Assembly (NCBI RefSeq): GCF_037042905.1
Contig: NC_087251.1
Coordinates: 46,812,001 to 46,876,000, forward strand
From: Lytechinus pictus
Taxonomy: Eukaryota
Reading direction: 5' to 3'
DNA length: 64,000 nt
The position numbers and the translations under genes are program-made. The notes under the pieces were generated by a model. The model saw only the letters and a list, made by a program, of their open reading frames with translations. It was not told the DNA's origin and ran no database searches. How positions within the stretch are numbered: position 1 is the stretch's first letter; every line of letters begins with the position of its first letter. This document shows, in pieces, positions 27,490-40,569 of the stretch.

Positions 27490-28007
27490 CCCGGGGGGGG
27501 GGGCACTCGACCAAAAAAGTGGTAGGGGTGTGCCGCGGGCGAGACAAAAAACGGGGGCCTTGGAGCGGGCTCATTGTAAAAAGGAAGGTCCTCGGAACGG
27601 GCTTCGGAACTACAAATGTTTGTGAAAACGGGGGTCCTTGGAACGGGTCGCCTGCGTGCGAGTGCGTATGCATCCCTATGGAACGTATACTTGCAGCTAG
27701 CCCGGCGGCACGACTGACGGGCGCGCTAGCGCAGAGGCGATGGTCGGACAGCGAGCTGCGGCCGCTTTTCACCAAAATTGCGACCGGAACGGCGTAACGG
27801 AAAATATGCGAAGCCATGGAGCGGATTTTTTCTTCTTTTTTCTCGAGAAGAAGAAAATGCTATGCTCTGGAGCGGCTTTCTTTGTTCTTTTTCTCAATAA
27901 GACAAAAATGCTATGCCTCGGAACGGAAATTTGAGTGTAAAAATGGGGGTCCCCTCCGCGGCACATACCCACTATGCATTATATACTGAGTGCCCCCCCC
28001 CCCCGGG
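27490..28007. mobile_element. GC-rich MITE with CCCGGG(G)nCACTC TIRs and a 7-bp TSD
   Basis: gttcaat|cccgggggggggggcactc ... gagtgcccccccccccggg|gttcaat; inserted within an older tagac..aatgg-rich repeat (~27425-28208). Confidence 0.85.
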
Positions 28008-29416
28008 GTTCAATAGCCATTTATTGACAATAGACCAACTGGTTATTAGACGAAAGGGTCAAAGATGAAATGGTGATTGGACCAAATGGTTATTGGACCA
28101 AATGGTTTTGAGACGAAGTTTTGATGGACAGACTGGCATATTAGACTAAATGAAAGAAGACGGTGTGGTGAGTAGACAAGTTGGCAGTAGACGAATTGGT
28201 AATTTACCGTCCAGATAGCCCTTTGAGATTTGGTGTCCCTAATTAAATTTTATTGTGATTCTTAAACTGGAATAAACTTTTTGTCAATTGTGGAGTTTTC
28301 TTGGAGGAACTAACTATAATATTCCATATTTGTTATTCAGTATAATGAAATACAAGAGAAATATTGAAGATGGCATATCGTCTATTGAATTTCTTCATTT
28401 GCATACTTACTGACTATATTATATGCATATCACGATATTTGTGCCAATGAGCGAAACTTAAAAATTGCAAAACATTATCATTTCACACCCGATTTCCATT
28501 AAATGTTTCAGATTATGCATGCCTGATTTTCCTCTCTCTATTCACATAACCTTTATTCTCTGTTTCTATAATATTCTCGTAATCACTACAAAGTGGACTC
28601 TCGAGAAAACGAGTTATTTTTGTCAGAGCGCGCTCTTTAATACCAAACGATTCAGCAAAAAATAAGGGGATTTCCCATTTTTCCTTTTTACGTTTGTTGG
28701 TTGACTTGTCCTTGACAGTAATTGCTGACAGTATGATAACTTGATATGAATTCTTTAGGTTGGGGATAGACCGTCCAAGATATACATCGAATGAACATTT
28801 AGCATATCTATCTGATTTCCAGGGGGTTCTGCGCTCATACCTGCGAATGCTATATCGTGGTATGATATATTGATTCATTATTATGATTGTTTTACTCATG
28901 TTTGAAACGCAAATGATGTAAATGAAATACAACAGAAAACTGATTTTTACAAAATAGTCCCGGAATTCATAAAGACATGGTATAGACGGCGAGCTCGAGT
29001 CCTTCCCTCAAATTTCACCTTAAACTCTCCGGTCTATACGTTAATACTTTATTATGACATGCATTGCGTTATCAACATGGCGCAATTTCTTTGATTTTGG
29101 CTTGCCCAAAACATGGGCGGAAATCCCAGGGGGACAGGGGGGACGCGTCCCCCCTACCCAAAATAGTAAGGGGGACACAATATCAAATGTCCCCCTACTA
29201 TTTTTGATCTTTTGTGATGGAAAGGAATACATCATTCAAAATCGAAATAATACATGTATTTTGGGGGAGATGACCTTACTTTTTGGGTGATAACCTTTTT
29301 TTTTTAATGCTTGTCAAATTTTCCAGCCCCTGGTCCCCCCTACCTTTGGGGAGAGATTTCCGCCCTTGCCTAGCAAAGCATTATGCGCCATGTTGGTAGC
29401 CCATTGAATTGCTCTG

Positions 29417-29561
29417 GGGCCCGTTGCAGAAAGAGCTGCAATCAAACGCAACTCTAGAAATCATGCGTAACTTGGTTTTCAACCAATCAACAGCGCGCAT
29501 TTTGGACTTGCGATTGATTTTTTTACTTGCGTTTAAACGCAACTCTTTCTGCAACGGACCC
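29417..29561. mobile_element. Short MITE with CTG TSD (PIF/Harbinger-like)
   Basis: ctg|gggcccgttgcagaaagag ... ctctttctgcaacggaccc|ctg. Confidence 0.85.
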
Positions 29562-30235
29562 CTGATCATGTTTAACCAGGGGCGAGGGGACCGCCTCGAT
29601 GGTTTTAAATAGAAAGAAGAGCATGCAAAAAGTTTTAGGGTTGTTAACTGTATATCACCCCTTTTATTCAATTGAGTAAAAAGTAAATAAAAATGGCGTA
29701 ACCTGTAGATCTCCCCGCCCCTTCGAAAAATATTCACGCCGCCCAAGTCTTTGACACTAAAACAACATGAACCACGTTTCCTGACAAAACATCTTAAATT
29801 TCATACCGCAAAGACTGGAGGACTTCTATTCAACATAATAAATTAATAATTTTGATCCCGGATCTAAACTGGCTTCTATACGTCATGACGAATGTGAGAC
29901 CTAATATCATGTCAAACTCAATTCATTGACTTTCTCTCCGCTATAAAATCTAATTCCTAATAAAAAGCAATATTTTTAGATCAATAATGTTTGGGAACGT
30001 CTATGAACTACTATAACACTAATTCATTTATTCAATTGAAAACTCTAAATGTTTTATACCCCACATGCCCCCGAACCGCGAATTATTCATATTTCGTTTC
30101 ACTCTGGTGAAAACAAAGGGTGCATTGGCAAAAATGTGTATATATATACTAATATTCAATTCAATTCAATTTTTCAATTTCAATTTTCAATACTAATATG
30201 AGCGCACCTGATATATTCAGATGGTCTGCTTTTAA

Positions 30236-30829
30236 AGGGATGGTCCGGGTTTAAAATATTTATATCTAAATAAATAGAGTAGATTCACAGCGAGCAAAAT
30301 GCTGAAAATTTCATCAAAATTGGATAACAAATAACGAAGTTATTGAATATTTTGTGAAAACAGCTATATGCACGTCGTCATGAATATTCATTAGGTGGGC
30401 TGATTTCATCACATCCCCACTTTCCCTTTTCTTATGTTATTACATGAAATAATGAATGTTTCATTTTTCATACATGTGTAAATGATGTGTCTCCATTAAG
30501 ATGAAATAAGTTGCGGCAATAAATAACTAATGCACTTAATCAGTTGTCAATCCAATTGTTTTAGTTCTTGGTAGAAAATTTTTGAATAAACCTAATTTCA
30601 TATAATAAAATACAAAAGAACAAGTGGGGATATGACATCATCAGCCCACCTAATGAATATTCATAAAGACATGCCTAGAACTGTTTCACAGGAATAATGC
30701 AAATCTTTAAAATTCAATAAATTTGTTATTTGTTATCCGATTTTGATCAGAATTTACTTTTCAGCATTTTGCTCTGTGAATTTTACTCTATTTATTGAGA
30801 TATAAATATTTCCAGCCTGGACCATCCCT
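30236..30829. mobile_element. TTAA-flanked MITE with long TIRs (Kolobok-like); related copy at ~49536-50137
   Basis: TTAA|agggatggtcc ... ggaccatccct|TTAA; internal inverted gaatattcattaggtgggctgat / atcagcccacctaatgaatattc. Confidence 0.85.
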
Positions 30830-31631
30830 TTAATTTATTCTCGGGCGAATTGTGTTTTGGAGTAGCGATGGAGTCGGAGGGCAAAATCGCTCACCTGTGA
30901 ACGTGCGGGGTCGAATTAGTAGCCCACTTCTATTTATTCAATGATTTGGGATTGTATTGTTATCATTGCAGACGGGGTCCCTGTATTGTCATTGCTTTTC
31001 ATGTATAGTGCCGGTGTTCCTGCGCGACTCCGTGTGGTATATGCTTGATTTGGCGTGTAGTTGCACATTATATTATAAACATATATCCACGAAGTATTTT
31101 GTACATACGTTCTTCGCAATATAGGACCGGATACTCTTCGAAAAACTATAGTTACTCCCCAAACACATATTCACGATCTAATTCTTGTATGTCCTTCGCA
31201 AAATTTGTAGGACCAGATACTCTCCGAAAAACTAGTCGCGGGTAAAATACCGTATTTCTGTTTATGAGGAAGCGTATCTTGTCTATGGGAAAGTGCCTCT
31301 TAGCTTTTCAAACATAGTAAGTATAATGTATTATCATTCAACAATATTCTATATTCGTGTTTTCGTTTTTGTATAGTAAAAGCGTAATTAATAATCACCG
31401 ATGGATTTGATATAACAGGAATGTCATTGACTAAATACCATCTGTTTTCAAGTTCATCTCGAGATCTACAAATATCATGACAGAGGGGCCATATGCATAT
31501 ATTCTTGTACATGGAACCAAGCTCGCTATAGAGTGGTAATGGTTTCTAATATATACTATTATAATAACCATATACTGAAAGTTGTATTGTCTAACAGTAG
31601 GGTGTGTGGTGGGTGTGCATAGTTACTGGTA

Positions 31632-31898
31632 CACTGCAAAAACTCCGGTGTTGATTAACCACCAGCCCGGAATCTATATATTATGTTCACATCCAGAGAA
31701 GTAGTAAACAACGCCAGGTTGGTTTTGGTCTAACACCTAGATAAGTTCTTTTTATACAACACCAATTAGTATATATTATATTAAAACAGCATATCGGTTT
31801 GATTCCAAACTGGCGTTGTTTCAATACGTCTCTGGTGTGGACATAATTATATAGATTCCTGGCTGGTGGTATAAATCAGCAGCGGAGTATTTGCAGTG
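31632..31898. mobile_element. CACTG...CAGTG MITE (EnSpm/CACTA-type); second copy at 40078-40304
   Basis: cactgcaaaaactccggtgttgatt ends; the 2-bp TSD is TA here and TG at the 40078 copy. Confidence 0.85.
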
Positions 31899-33737
31899 TA
31901 TACACGCAGCACCCACAATTCAATAAACCGAGATTAGTATGCATAAGAAGTTTTACGAAGTCAGAAAGTACATTAGAGTTGATCTGTACTTTATACATGT
32001 ATATTCTACATTAAAAGGCGTATAATGATGTCCCATTGTGCTTCGTTTTCACTGATCTAGCGAGAAAAAAGTGATTACTTGTACAAAACAGTGCAGCCCT
32101 GTATTTCATACCACAATTTTCATATCGAACTTCTCCATTTTAACTGTCGCCATCGACGCCAAACTCGCAATGGCCCACAAAATGCTCCTTGCCTTAAAAG
32201 GTGTTCACAATCTCTATTTTCAAAGTGGTACATAAAATAAAACGATCGAGCTACTGTCTAATTCTGTCATGTATTGGATAGTAGCACTTCCCTGCATGCC
32301 ATCGCGAGTATTCGACAAATCCCTAACTTTTCACCCCAGTCACTCGATCTTAATTGCCCCTCCATGTCTTTTATGGTCTTCAAATGGGACGGTCATCAGA
32401 TCAAATTCATTTTGTCTTTCGGCAGACTTGCATGTCAACAAAATAAGGGTCATACCTACTCCCCGTTGTTTTAAATCAATCAGATATCCAATGAGAACAC
32501 GTTCTATCACAATTAATTAAAAGAGTGCTATTATCATTATTATGATTATAGATGATATATTTCTCCCCTCGTTCAAAAGCATTAATGACATCATTGTGTA
32601 TGTTGAGAGGGCAGAGGGTCATTCGTACAGGTAAAAGCCCTCAAAACAAATACGTAAGACTATAATTACACAGTTCAAATTTGACTTAAAAACCGAGAAA
32701 CCTTTGCCCCCTGCCTTAGTTTTTATCTTAAGAGTCCACAAATATGACCACCGCGAGTGGAGTTTTCAATGTGTGGTTTAGATGGCTGCAGGTGTGTAGT
32801 GGCGTACAGATGGGATGCTTGCACCCCCACAGAGAGAGAGAAAGAGAGAAAATGAAAGAAATTGAAAAGCGAGAGGGGTGAAATATGACTTATTTTTGAT
32901 ATTGTGTCAAAATCTATCGAAAATTGTGATTTTTGTAATAAAATATCGAAATTTTTGCTCACTCGCTTCGCTCTCTTGCAAATTTTTATAAAAAATTACG
33001 CAATACGCCATACCTAGCCCCCCTCAAACTTTCTGGCTCACAACGCCGCTGTCTATATGGCAGAGCCACCAACATGAACAAGAACATTTCAGCATTTTAA
33101 AACCTGAAAATCAGTAAATAAGTGCGGAGTTCAGTATTAAAAAAATACCAAAGGACCGCACCTAAAACTGAAACTTTAAAAATCAGTATTTTGCATGAAA
33201 CCATTCATCATTCGTCTCACTTTTCAGTATACCAAAATACTGAAATTCTAGTACAAGTTGGCAGCTCTGAAAATGTATATTATCCAGTTATCAATTACAT
33301 TTTAACATTTCATTTATTTTTTTTCTTAACAGACTGATCGAAATACTTCATGAAACCCTCGATGACTGCGTTGGGAAAGATTTTCATACTTTGGACACCA
33401 AGCGCCTAATCATGCTAATATTGCAAAAATAGAAATTCAGTCACTTGCATAAGTTAAGACTCCTTAATCAAACACGATTGCAATGCTACTGGGGCGTGAG
33501 TATTACTCAATATTTACAATAGCTATCAAGGGACGCGAGATGTCGGGAGAGATCCCGATTGCTTTTAAACTTTGAGAACTCGTAGAAGATTAAAGATGAC
33601 CTTTATATCGACACACTTCACGTGCAAGAACAGCCCTTGAGATCCATGAAATAGTAAATGAGACCTTTATACCGACTGAAATACATATCAACTCCATACT
33701 TATTAACTTGTTAATATCTCGATATAATTTTATCAAC

Positions 33738-36700
33738 ATGGGTACAAAGGTGAAGGGAAAGAGAGGACCAAACGAGACAGAAGACGAGACGTTGAAGAAA
33801 CAAAAGAAGAAGAAAAGAATCTGGTCGTTTCGACTGATCCGCAAACGCAAGAGACTGTCCCAGTCGCAGGAGTTTCTTCACGATACCCAAGCTCAGAACT
33901 TCAGGATCGAACTCGAGATCGATGAGCAGGTGGAGAACGAAAGCGACGTCGAAATGGTGGTTGAGGACGACATCGAGCATCATGGCCCGCCCACGGAAGA
34001 CGACATCGTTAGGGATACTAGATCCGACGGTGACCACGACGTGGTTGACGGGATGGACGAGCCGACTGCTAAACGCAGAGGAGCAGACGAAAAGAAACGA
34101 CTGTTCAAGATTTGGGGAATTTCATTCAGTATAAAAAAGCGCAGGAAGAAAACAGAGTATTCCAAGTTTTCCGAATCGACGGACAATATTCTGGGTGATC
34201 CACATCAAACCGAACTAAAGGCAGATGAAGATGTTCATGATAGAGAAAATAGAAAAAAGACTAAAAAGACGAACTCAAAGAGGTATGTCCGCTTCGAGAC
34301 GGACAATGATGACGACAAAGAGAACATGGCGATGTCGATAGATGACGCGGAGGACAATGAAATCAACAACCAGCCACATTCGTCGTCGATGACGCCGAAG
34401 AAGAAAAAGAAGTCGACTAAAAAGAGGATAGCCAAGGTAAGAAAGGAGTGAGGGGATGTTCGCTCTTACTTAAAGTTAGTTTTATATTGACAGCAAAAAC
34501 AAAAACGCATATGTTTGGAGAAAATCCACTAGAAATCATTTTTTAACACTAAGTTTTATTGATTAAAAAATTATTATGTGTCAGGTGATGTAAATTGCCA
34601 TGTCAAGTGCCATTTTCTCAGAAAATTTGAAATTATTTTGTACATTCAGGGCAATTATTTCAAACACTTCTCATCTTTGAAAATGAACGACGATGAACCA
34701 ATCTATGAAATTGATATCGCATGACATTTCTGCTATTAGGTGACGTCGCAAAATTAAAATGTTAAAACTCTGTTATTCTTCGATAAACTTCCGTAAAATC
34801 TTCATTGATACAATTTTTTAATTTTTTATATTTTTATTAAAACCAATTTCATTCATTGTGCAAGGAAATAACGTTTTCTCAGGGCGCTGAGCGTTGGAGA
34901 AGGTATACGGTTTTTTTTAATATACGAGTCATACAAGCAAGCGAAACGAGCAAAACCTCGGCAAATCGATGATTGTTGTAATAAAGTTGATACGTAAAAG
35001 TTGAGTCGGACAGATAACAGGGGAAATTAAATGAAAATTCTGATGTTGAAAATACAATATAATGATTGAAAAATCCTTTCTTTTTTTCATAGGTACTCCT
35101 TTCCCTTTCTCCCTTTAGACCTATTAATTTAATTTGATCGATTATTTTTTTTCATTCTTAATTTGTTTATTAATTTCATTTCATTGTCTTATTCAAATTT
35201 CTTTGAGGAAGTATCGCCCAAGCTACTTGCACGAGAGCAGCTATCATTGAAATAAATAAATACACACTCTATCAAGTAAAAGACAATTCTTCAAATGAAT
35301 AAGATTATTGGGTAATAACTCAATTTGTTAACTAAATCTTTTTCAAACGCACTCTTTAATGAGATACATGAATTGGAATTGGACCATTATTTCCTTCCTA
35401 AATATATCAAAGGTCAAGTCTTCCGTCCTTGTTCATAATATCCTGGGTTTTTTTTTGTTGAGAATATAGAAATATTACAGATATATAACATCTATCATGG
35501 CTTTTCTCCAATTAGGCCATAGTAGTCTGATGGTGTGCCGAATTTGCATTTATTTCTATGAATTTTTATTTATAAAGTCAAAAAGGGGCCTAAGCTTTCG
35601 ATCCTAGCAGAATCTTCGTCGGAGGCAAAATGACAAACATATAAAGTGGAACAACCATAATATAGACCACAAACAAGCTACAGCAACACTAGAAACAAGG
35701 AGACAAAAAGGGCATTAGTGAGTAGAGAAGACCAATCAGGTTAGTGAAGGGGATGAAAGAAAAGGAGTAGGCAGACACAAAGGGAAGTTAGTGTAAGTAA
35801 GGCCAAGAGGGATTAAGATAATGAGGCAGGCAACATCAAACAGGATCTGGAACAAAACAGTGATAGAGGGATGAATAACTAGAGAATTAGTGAGAGGTGG
35901 GTCAAACAGGTTACAAAGAAAGGCTTAATAAACTGGTGCATAAGAGTGGGGGGAAAAAAGAAGAAAAAGAATGGGGAACAACTGATAATGTGCAAAAGAC
36001 ATATAAGTATATATGATAAAGCATTAAACAAACTAAGAGAAGAAGGTAAGTGTAAATATGTATCTATAAGTGATATGTATATAAATATATCCAAAAAAGA
36101 AATGTATATGAAAAAATATATAAATATATACACATATGGTGTAACTGATATGGTAATCCGCTAGGTGTGACGGGAAAAAACATAAGACTATATAGTAGGA
36201 AAGAAAAAAAATCTGTATATGTGAAAAAGAGGAAGCAAATTGCCTAAAAAGGTAAAATCAAATATAGAAGAGAGGGGGTGTATTATGAAGAAACCATAGT
36301 ATACATGTAAATAAGCAAATGTGGTAAATCTAAAAGAGGTGAGTGGAGAAAAAACAAATATATATATATATATATAATAATTATTATATCGCCTGAATAA
36401 GGAAGGAAAAATTGGAGCTGAGCTTGTATGAGATATGGGAGGAAAGTAGAGTAAGAAACTATAATGTAACTATTCAAAAGAGCTGAGGGGAAAAATTATA
36501 TGTATATATAAATTGAAAGTGGATAGGAAAGAAAAATCAGTCGTTCCCCTCTTGGATGTTCAGGCCATGAGGTTGGGTGGTGCGAAGTCGTCTCATCCAG
36601 AGCTTCTCCCTGCTAGTACGGACTGAGTCAGGACGGGTACCTAAAGATTCGATGCCCTGTAGCATCATGTCAGTGATGGAGTGGTTGGGGAGGTTAAAAT

Positions 36701-39700
36701 GGCGGCCAACTGGAGTGTCCAGCTTTGCTGTGTTGACGGTGGATCTGTGCCCGTAGAATCGTTTCTTGAGTGTGGTCTTGGTTTCCCCTATGTATTGTAC
36801 CCTACAAACTCTGCAAGTGATGAGATATACAACATTAGTGGTAGTGCATGTGATGTTGCCCTTGATTTGGTGAGACAGGCTGGTAGAGTTGCTGGTGAAA
36901 GTATCGCCCTCGTGAAGGTGTATTTCACATATGATGCACCTGTTGCTGGTGCATTTGAAGGTGCCATGCTGTATGGGAGAAGAATGGTTAGTGAGGGAGG
37001 GCACTTCAGCACGAACAATGAGGTCCCTGAGATTCGGTGGGCGTCGGTGTGCTAGAAGGGGAGTATCGGGAACGGCCTCTTGGAGACGATCAGAAGTGTG
37101 TAAAATGTGGTGGTTATCAAACAGGATTTTGCGGAGAGGGGGTAGATTGGGATGGAAGGTGGTCACAAGCGGTATTCTGTCGGTGGTCTCCTTGTCACTT
37201 TTTGGTTTGAGAACTTCAGATCTGGGGAGAGAACGAACTTTGTTAATTGCCAGTTGGACTGCCCTGGCCCCGTGGCCCCTAGCACAGAGATGTTTCTGCA
37301 GATTCCTGGCATGGAAGGGAAAATCAGGGTCCTCGGAGCAGATACGGCGAAGTCTGAGGGCTTGACTGTAAGCGATGCCGGTTTTGCAGTGACGGGGGTG
37401 GCAGCTGGATGAGTGGAGGTACTGGTGGGTATCTGTGGGTTTAGAGTATAGGGTAGTGGTGATACCATTAGACTTTTTCTGGACTGTAACATCAAGGAAG
37501 TGGGTTTCCTGTTGGAAGAAATCAGAAGTGAATTGGATGGTCCTGTGGAAGGAATTGATGTGGTCAATGAATGTATGGAGGCTGTCTTCATCCCTGGTCC
37601 AGATGAAGAAAATGTCGTCTATGTAACGCCACCAAATCCATGGGCGACAGGGGGCTGAATCTAACATCTGCTGTTCCAGCTTCGTCATGAAGAGACAGGC
37701 GAATGAAGGAGCCATCCAGGTGCCCATTGCTGTACCGAATATCTGTAGGTAGTGCTTGCCCATGAATGTGAAGTTGTTTTTTGTTAGTACATGAGACATC
37801 AGAGATTTGATATCGGATATGGGGGGACTGGAATGGCCACTGGCGGCCAAGGCTTCACATGATGCTTGGATACCTTCGTCGTGGGGAATGCTGGTGTACA
37901 GTGAAGAAACAATCCATTGCCTGTATGCAGTTCTTATTGTTCCAATCACAGCAAAATACACTTTCGACAATGTTATTACCCTTATGTATAGAAAATAATC
38001 AAAATATCATTTGGTATCATGTCGCAACGACCTTCGTAGTTAACACCCGCGACGTGTTCAAACAGTTTTGTTATAATTGGGTGTGGTATGAACTTTGTTA
38101 CACCTTGGTATACACGATATCTCGATGCTTTTTTTTTTTGGGGGGGGGGGGAGTGCTCCCTTGCATTGCTAGGACACATGAATAACCTAAAGCTGCAATT
38201 ATTACATTGCATGTTCGGTGTTAAACGAAAGATTGCGTTATCGTATTTACATATCTACTCATTAATGACATGAGTGTCATTATAATTTGTTATCATTTGT
38301 CATGTTTATTCATTGCCCTGGGAAGCGGGGGTTGCTGCGTGTATTATTTTCCATAGGCAGCACCCCCTGAAAATCTTGGTATGGTATCCCGGGCCGTTTC
38401 ATAAAGCTGTTCTTAAGTTAAGAGCGACTTTAAGAACGACTGGTGGTCCTTTCTTGTGGTAAATGGTATACACAAAAACGTTAATTGGCGAGGGTTTTGC
38501 GCGTAAGAAATGATCACGAGTCGTTCTTAAAGTCGCTCTTAACTTACGAACAGCTTTATGAAACACCCACCCGGTATATAGTAAAATTTAAACCAAAATC
38601 ACCTTCATTTTTTATTGAAAAAACAAATTTTTTGGCTTGTCAAATTCCTCCTGACAAAAATGACCTTTATTTCATAGTGAAAACTTTTTTTTTTGCTTGT
38701 CAAATTTAAGACAGCTACCCCTATTTAAAAGAAATCGTTCCCAGGGCCTGTGTTTATTATCATAAAATGATGATTAAATTATGTGATCAATTTCGAGGTT
38801 GAATATACGCTCATGCTCAAGGTTTCCCATAATGTTCACACAATGTTGTTCCCCTCTCAACATTGAATCGAATAACCAAAAGAGATGGATAACTAAAACA
38901 GAAGACTTCGGACCATCTAGGACGGTATTACCACTTAGAATAAATCAATGTCCCTTGTAATATTTGGAAACATCATTTTGTCAGATTTTCCAAATTTTAT
39001 AACATTTATATTCGCCACCATATATATGCAAGTGAAAAATTACGACATGAATATGGCTTTGTTATTAAAAGTTTCAAACTCACGTAGAATGGGGAGAATT
39101 TCAGTGATTTGGAATATATTCTAATGTTACTATCAGATGATTGCACAAGAGATATTCACCCATGAAAAGTTTCATCTAGGCTATCATGTTTTGTAGCATA
39201 TTGTACGACAATTTGACCACACTGGAAGAAAACAGTGTCAGAAATTGCTCACAGTGTGCTCATAGCATGTCCAGTGTGTTCACAGTGTATTTATAGTGTG
39301 CACACATTGTGTTCACAGTGTGTGCACAAGGTGCTCACAGTGTGTTTACAGTGTATTCATAGTGTGCTCACATTGTGTTAACATTGTGCTCAAAGTGTGT
39401 GTACACTGTGCTCATAGTATGTTCGCAGTGTATATTCATAGTGTGCTCATATTGTGTTCACATTGAGCTCAAATTGTGTTCAAAGTGTGTGCACAAGGTG
39501 CTTACAGTGTGTTCAGTGTATTCATAGTGTGCTCACATTGTGTTCACAGTGTGTGCACAATGTGCTCATAGTGTGTTCGCAGTGTATATAACATAGTGTA
39601 CTCACATTGTGTTCACAGTGTGTGCACAATTCGATCACAGTGTGTGCAGTGTGTTCACAGTGTGTCCACACTGTTAAAGTGCTCATTAAACAGTGTGGAG

Positions 39701-40569
39701 ATCATTTCACACTATGGACACGTCTACAGTGTGTATGTGTGTTTTGTGTTCACATACACTGTAAAAATGCAGAAAAATTTTGTAATCACGTTGTTTAAGT
39801 CCGTCACTCTAAGGACTATGGTTTAAACGTATAAACAATTGTTTAAACTTTCTAAACAACTAAACAATTAAATAGTTGTTAGAGTGACGGGCTTAAACAT
39901 CGTGTTTGAAATTTTAAACAGCGTTTTTACAGTGAAGTGGACTAGCTCTGTGAATATGAGATTAATACTGTCAAGTTTGAACATTTCACAGTACATGAAG
40001 GTGATTTTACAGTGTGTTCCACACTGTGAACACACTGTAGGCACCGTATTTTTTAATCCCAGCATGATATGAAACTGCACTGCAAAAACTCCGGTGTTGA
40101 TTTAACACCAGCCCGGAATCTATATATGTCTCACCAGTTTCGTTTTGGTCTAACACCAGAAAGGTGTTTATACAACACCAATTAGTATTAAAACAGCATC
40201 GATTTGATTCCAAACTGGTGTTGTTTTTCAAAACTTTTCTGGTGTGGACATAATTTATATAGATTCCGGGCTGATGTTGAATCAACACCGGAGTTTTTGC
40301 AGTGTGGGAACAGTTTTCTTCTCCATGACTGTAACTGTATGATTATCTCTTCTTTTTTTTATACACAGGCTAGTAGGAAAACAGGTCGTGTTTTCCGAGA
40401 TGGAATGATCCAAGTAGGTCACAACCTCCAGTATCTGTCACCGATGCCTACACCCCATGTCTTTGCGGATCCTAGTAAGAAGAAAGCCAGCTACACAGAC
40501 ACGCCCAAGAAAAGAAACTACAAGTACACTGCCAAGGCCCCGCCCACCAATCCGTACGGATTTCTGTAA
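33738..40569 (+). CDS. Two-exon orphan gene B (~299 aa): Lys/Arg clusters, acidic disordered regions, amphipathic C-terminal segment
   Basis: Exon 1 33738-34436 (atcaacATGG, 233 codons, ends KKRIAK, donor GTAAGA). Exon 2 40369-40569 (polypyrimidine acceptor ...atacacag, ASRKTGRVFRDGMIQVGHNLQYLSPMP...PTNPYGFL*). Phase 0. Confidence 0.8.
35570..37912 (-). mobile_element. 5'-truncated Penelope-like retroelement (RT + GIY-YIG endonuclease) in the intron of gene B
   Basis: Open frame 36537-~37910: SSLYTSIP, GTAMG..MAPSFA, WWRYIDDIF, FLDV, YSKPTD.HQYLH, GIY-YIG-like NVVYLITCRVCRVQYIGET..RFYGH, REKLWMRRL..PHGLN. About 950-bp 3' UTR. Confidence 0.95.
35588..35626 (-). ncRNA. Minimal type I hammerhead-ribozyme-like motif at the Penelope 3' end
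   Basis: Minus strand: GCCU-CCGACGA-A-GAUUC(UGCUA)GGAUC-GAAA-GC-UU-AGGC. Stem I gccu/aggc, stem II, palindromic AGCU in place of stem III; core differs from CUGANGA at position 4. Confidence 0.65.
38390..38570. mobile_element. Palindromic MITE (Harbinger-like family)
   Basis: gtttcataaagctgttcttaagttaagagcgactttaagaacgact vs agtcgttcttaaagtcgctcttaacttacgaacagctttatgaaac. Confidence 0.85.
39246..39750. repeat. Degenerate ~11-bp minisatellite (gtgtgttcaca-like)
   Basis: Many cacagtgtgtt/cacattgtgct units. Confidence 0.9.

Noticed and set aside
27480..27972. GC-rich ORFs on both strands resembling a CpG-island exon
   Set aside because: They fall almost entirely within a TIR- and TSD-bounded MITE.
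36681..37626. Overlapping plus-strand and alternative-frame ORFs
   Set aside because: Shadow frames of the GC-richer Penelope ORF.
33738..40569. Idea that KEN-containing gene B (or A) is CDCA5/sororin, a ZFPL1 neighbour in human
   Set aside because: No FGF motif or sororin C-terminal domain, and the genes lie on the 3' rather than the 5' side of ZFPL1.
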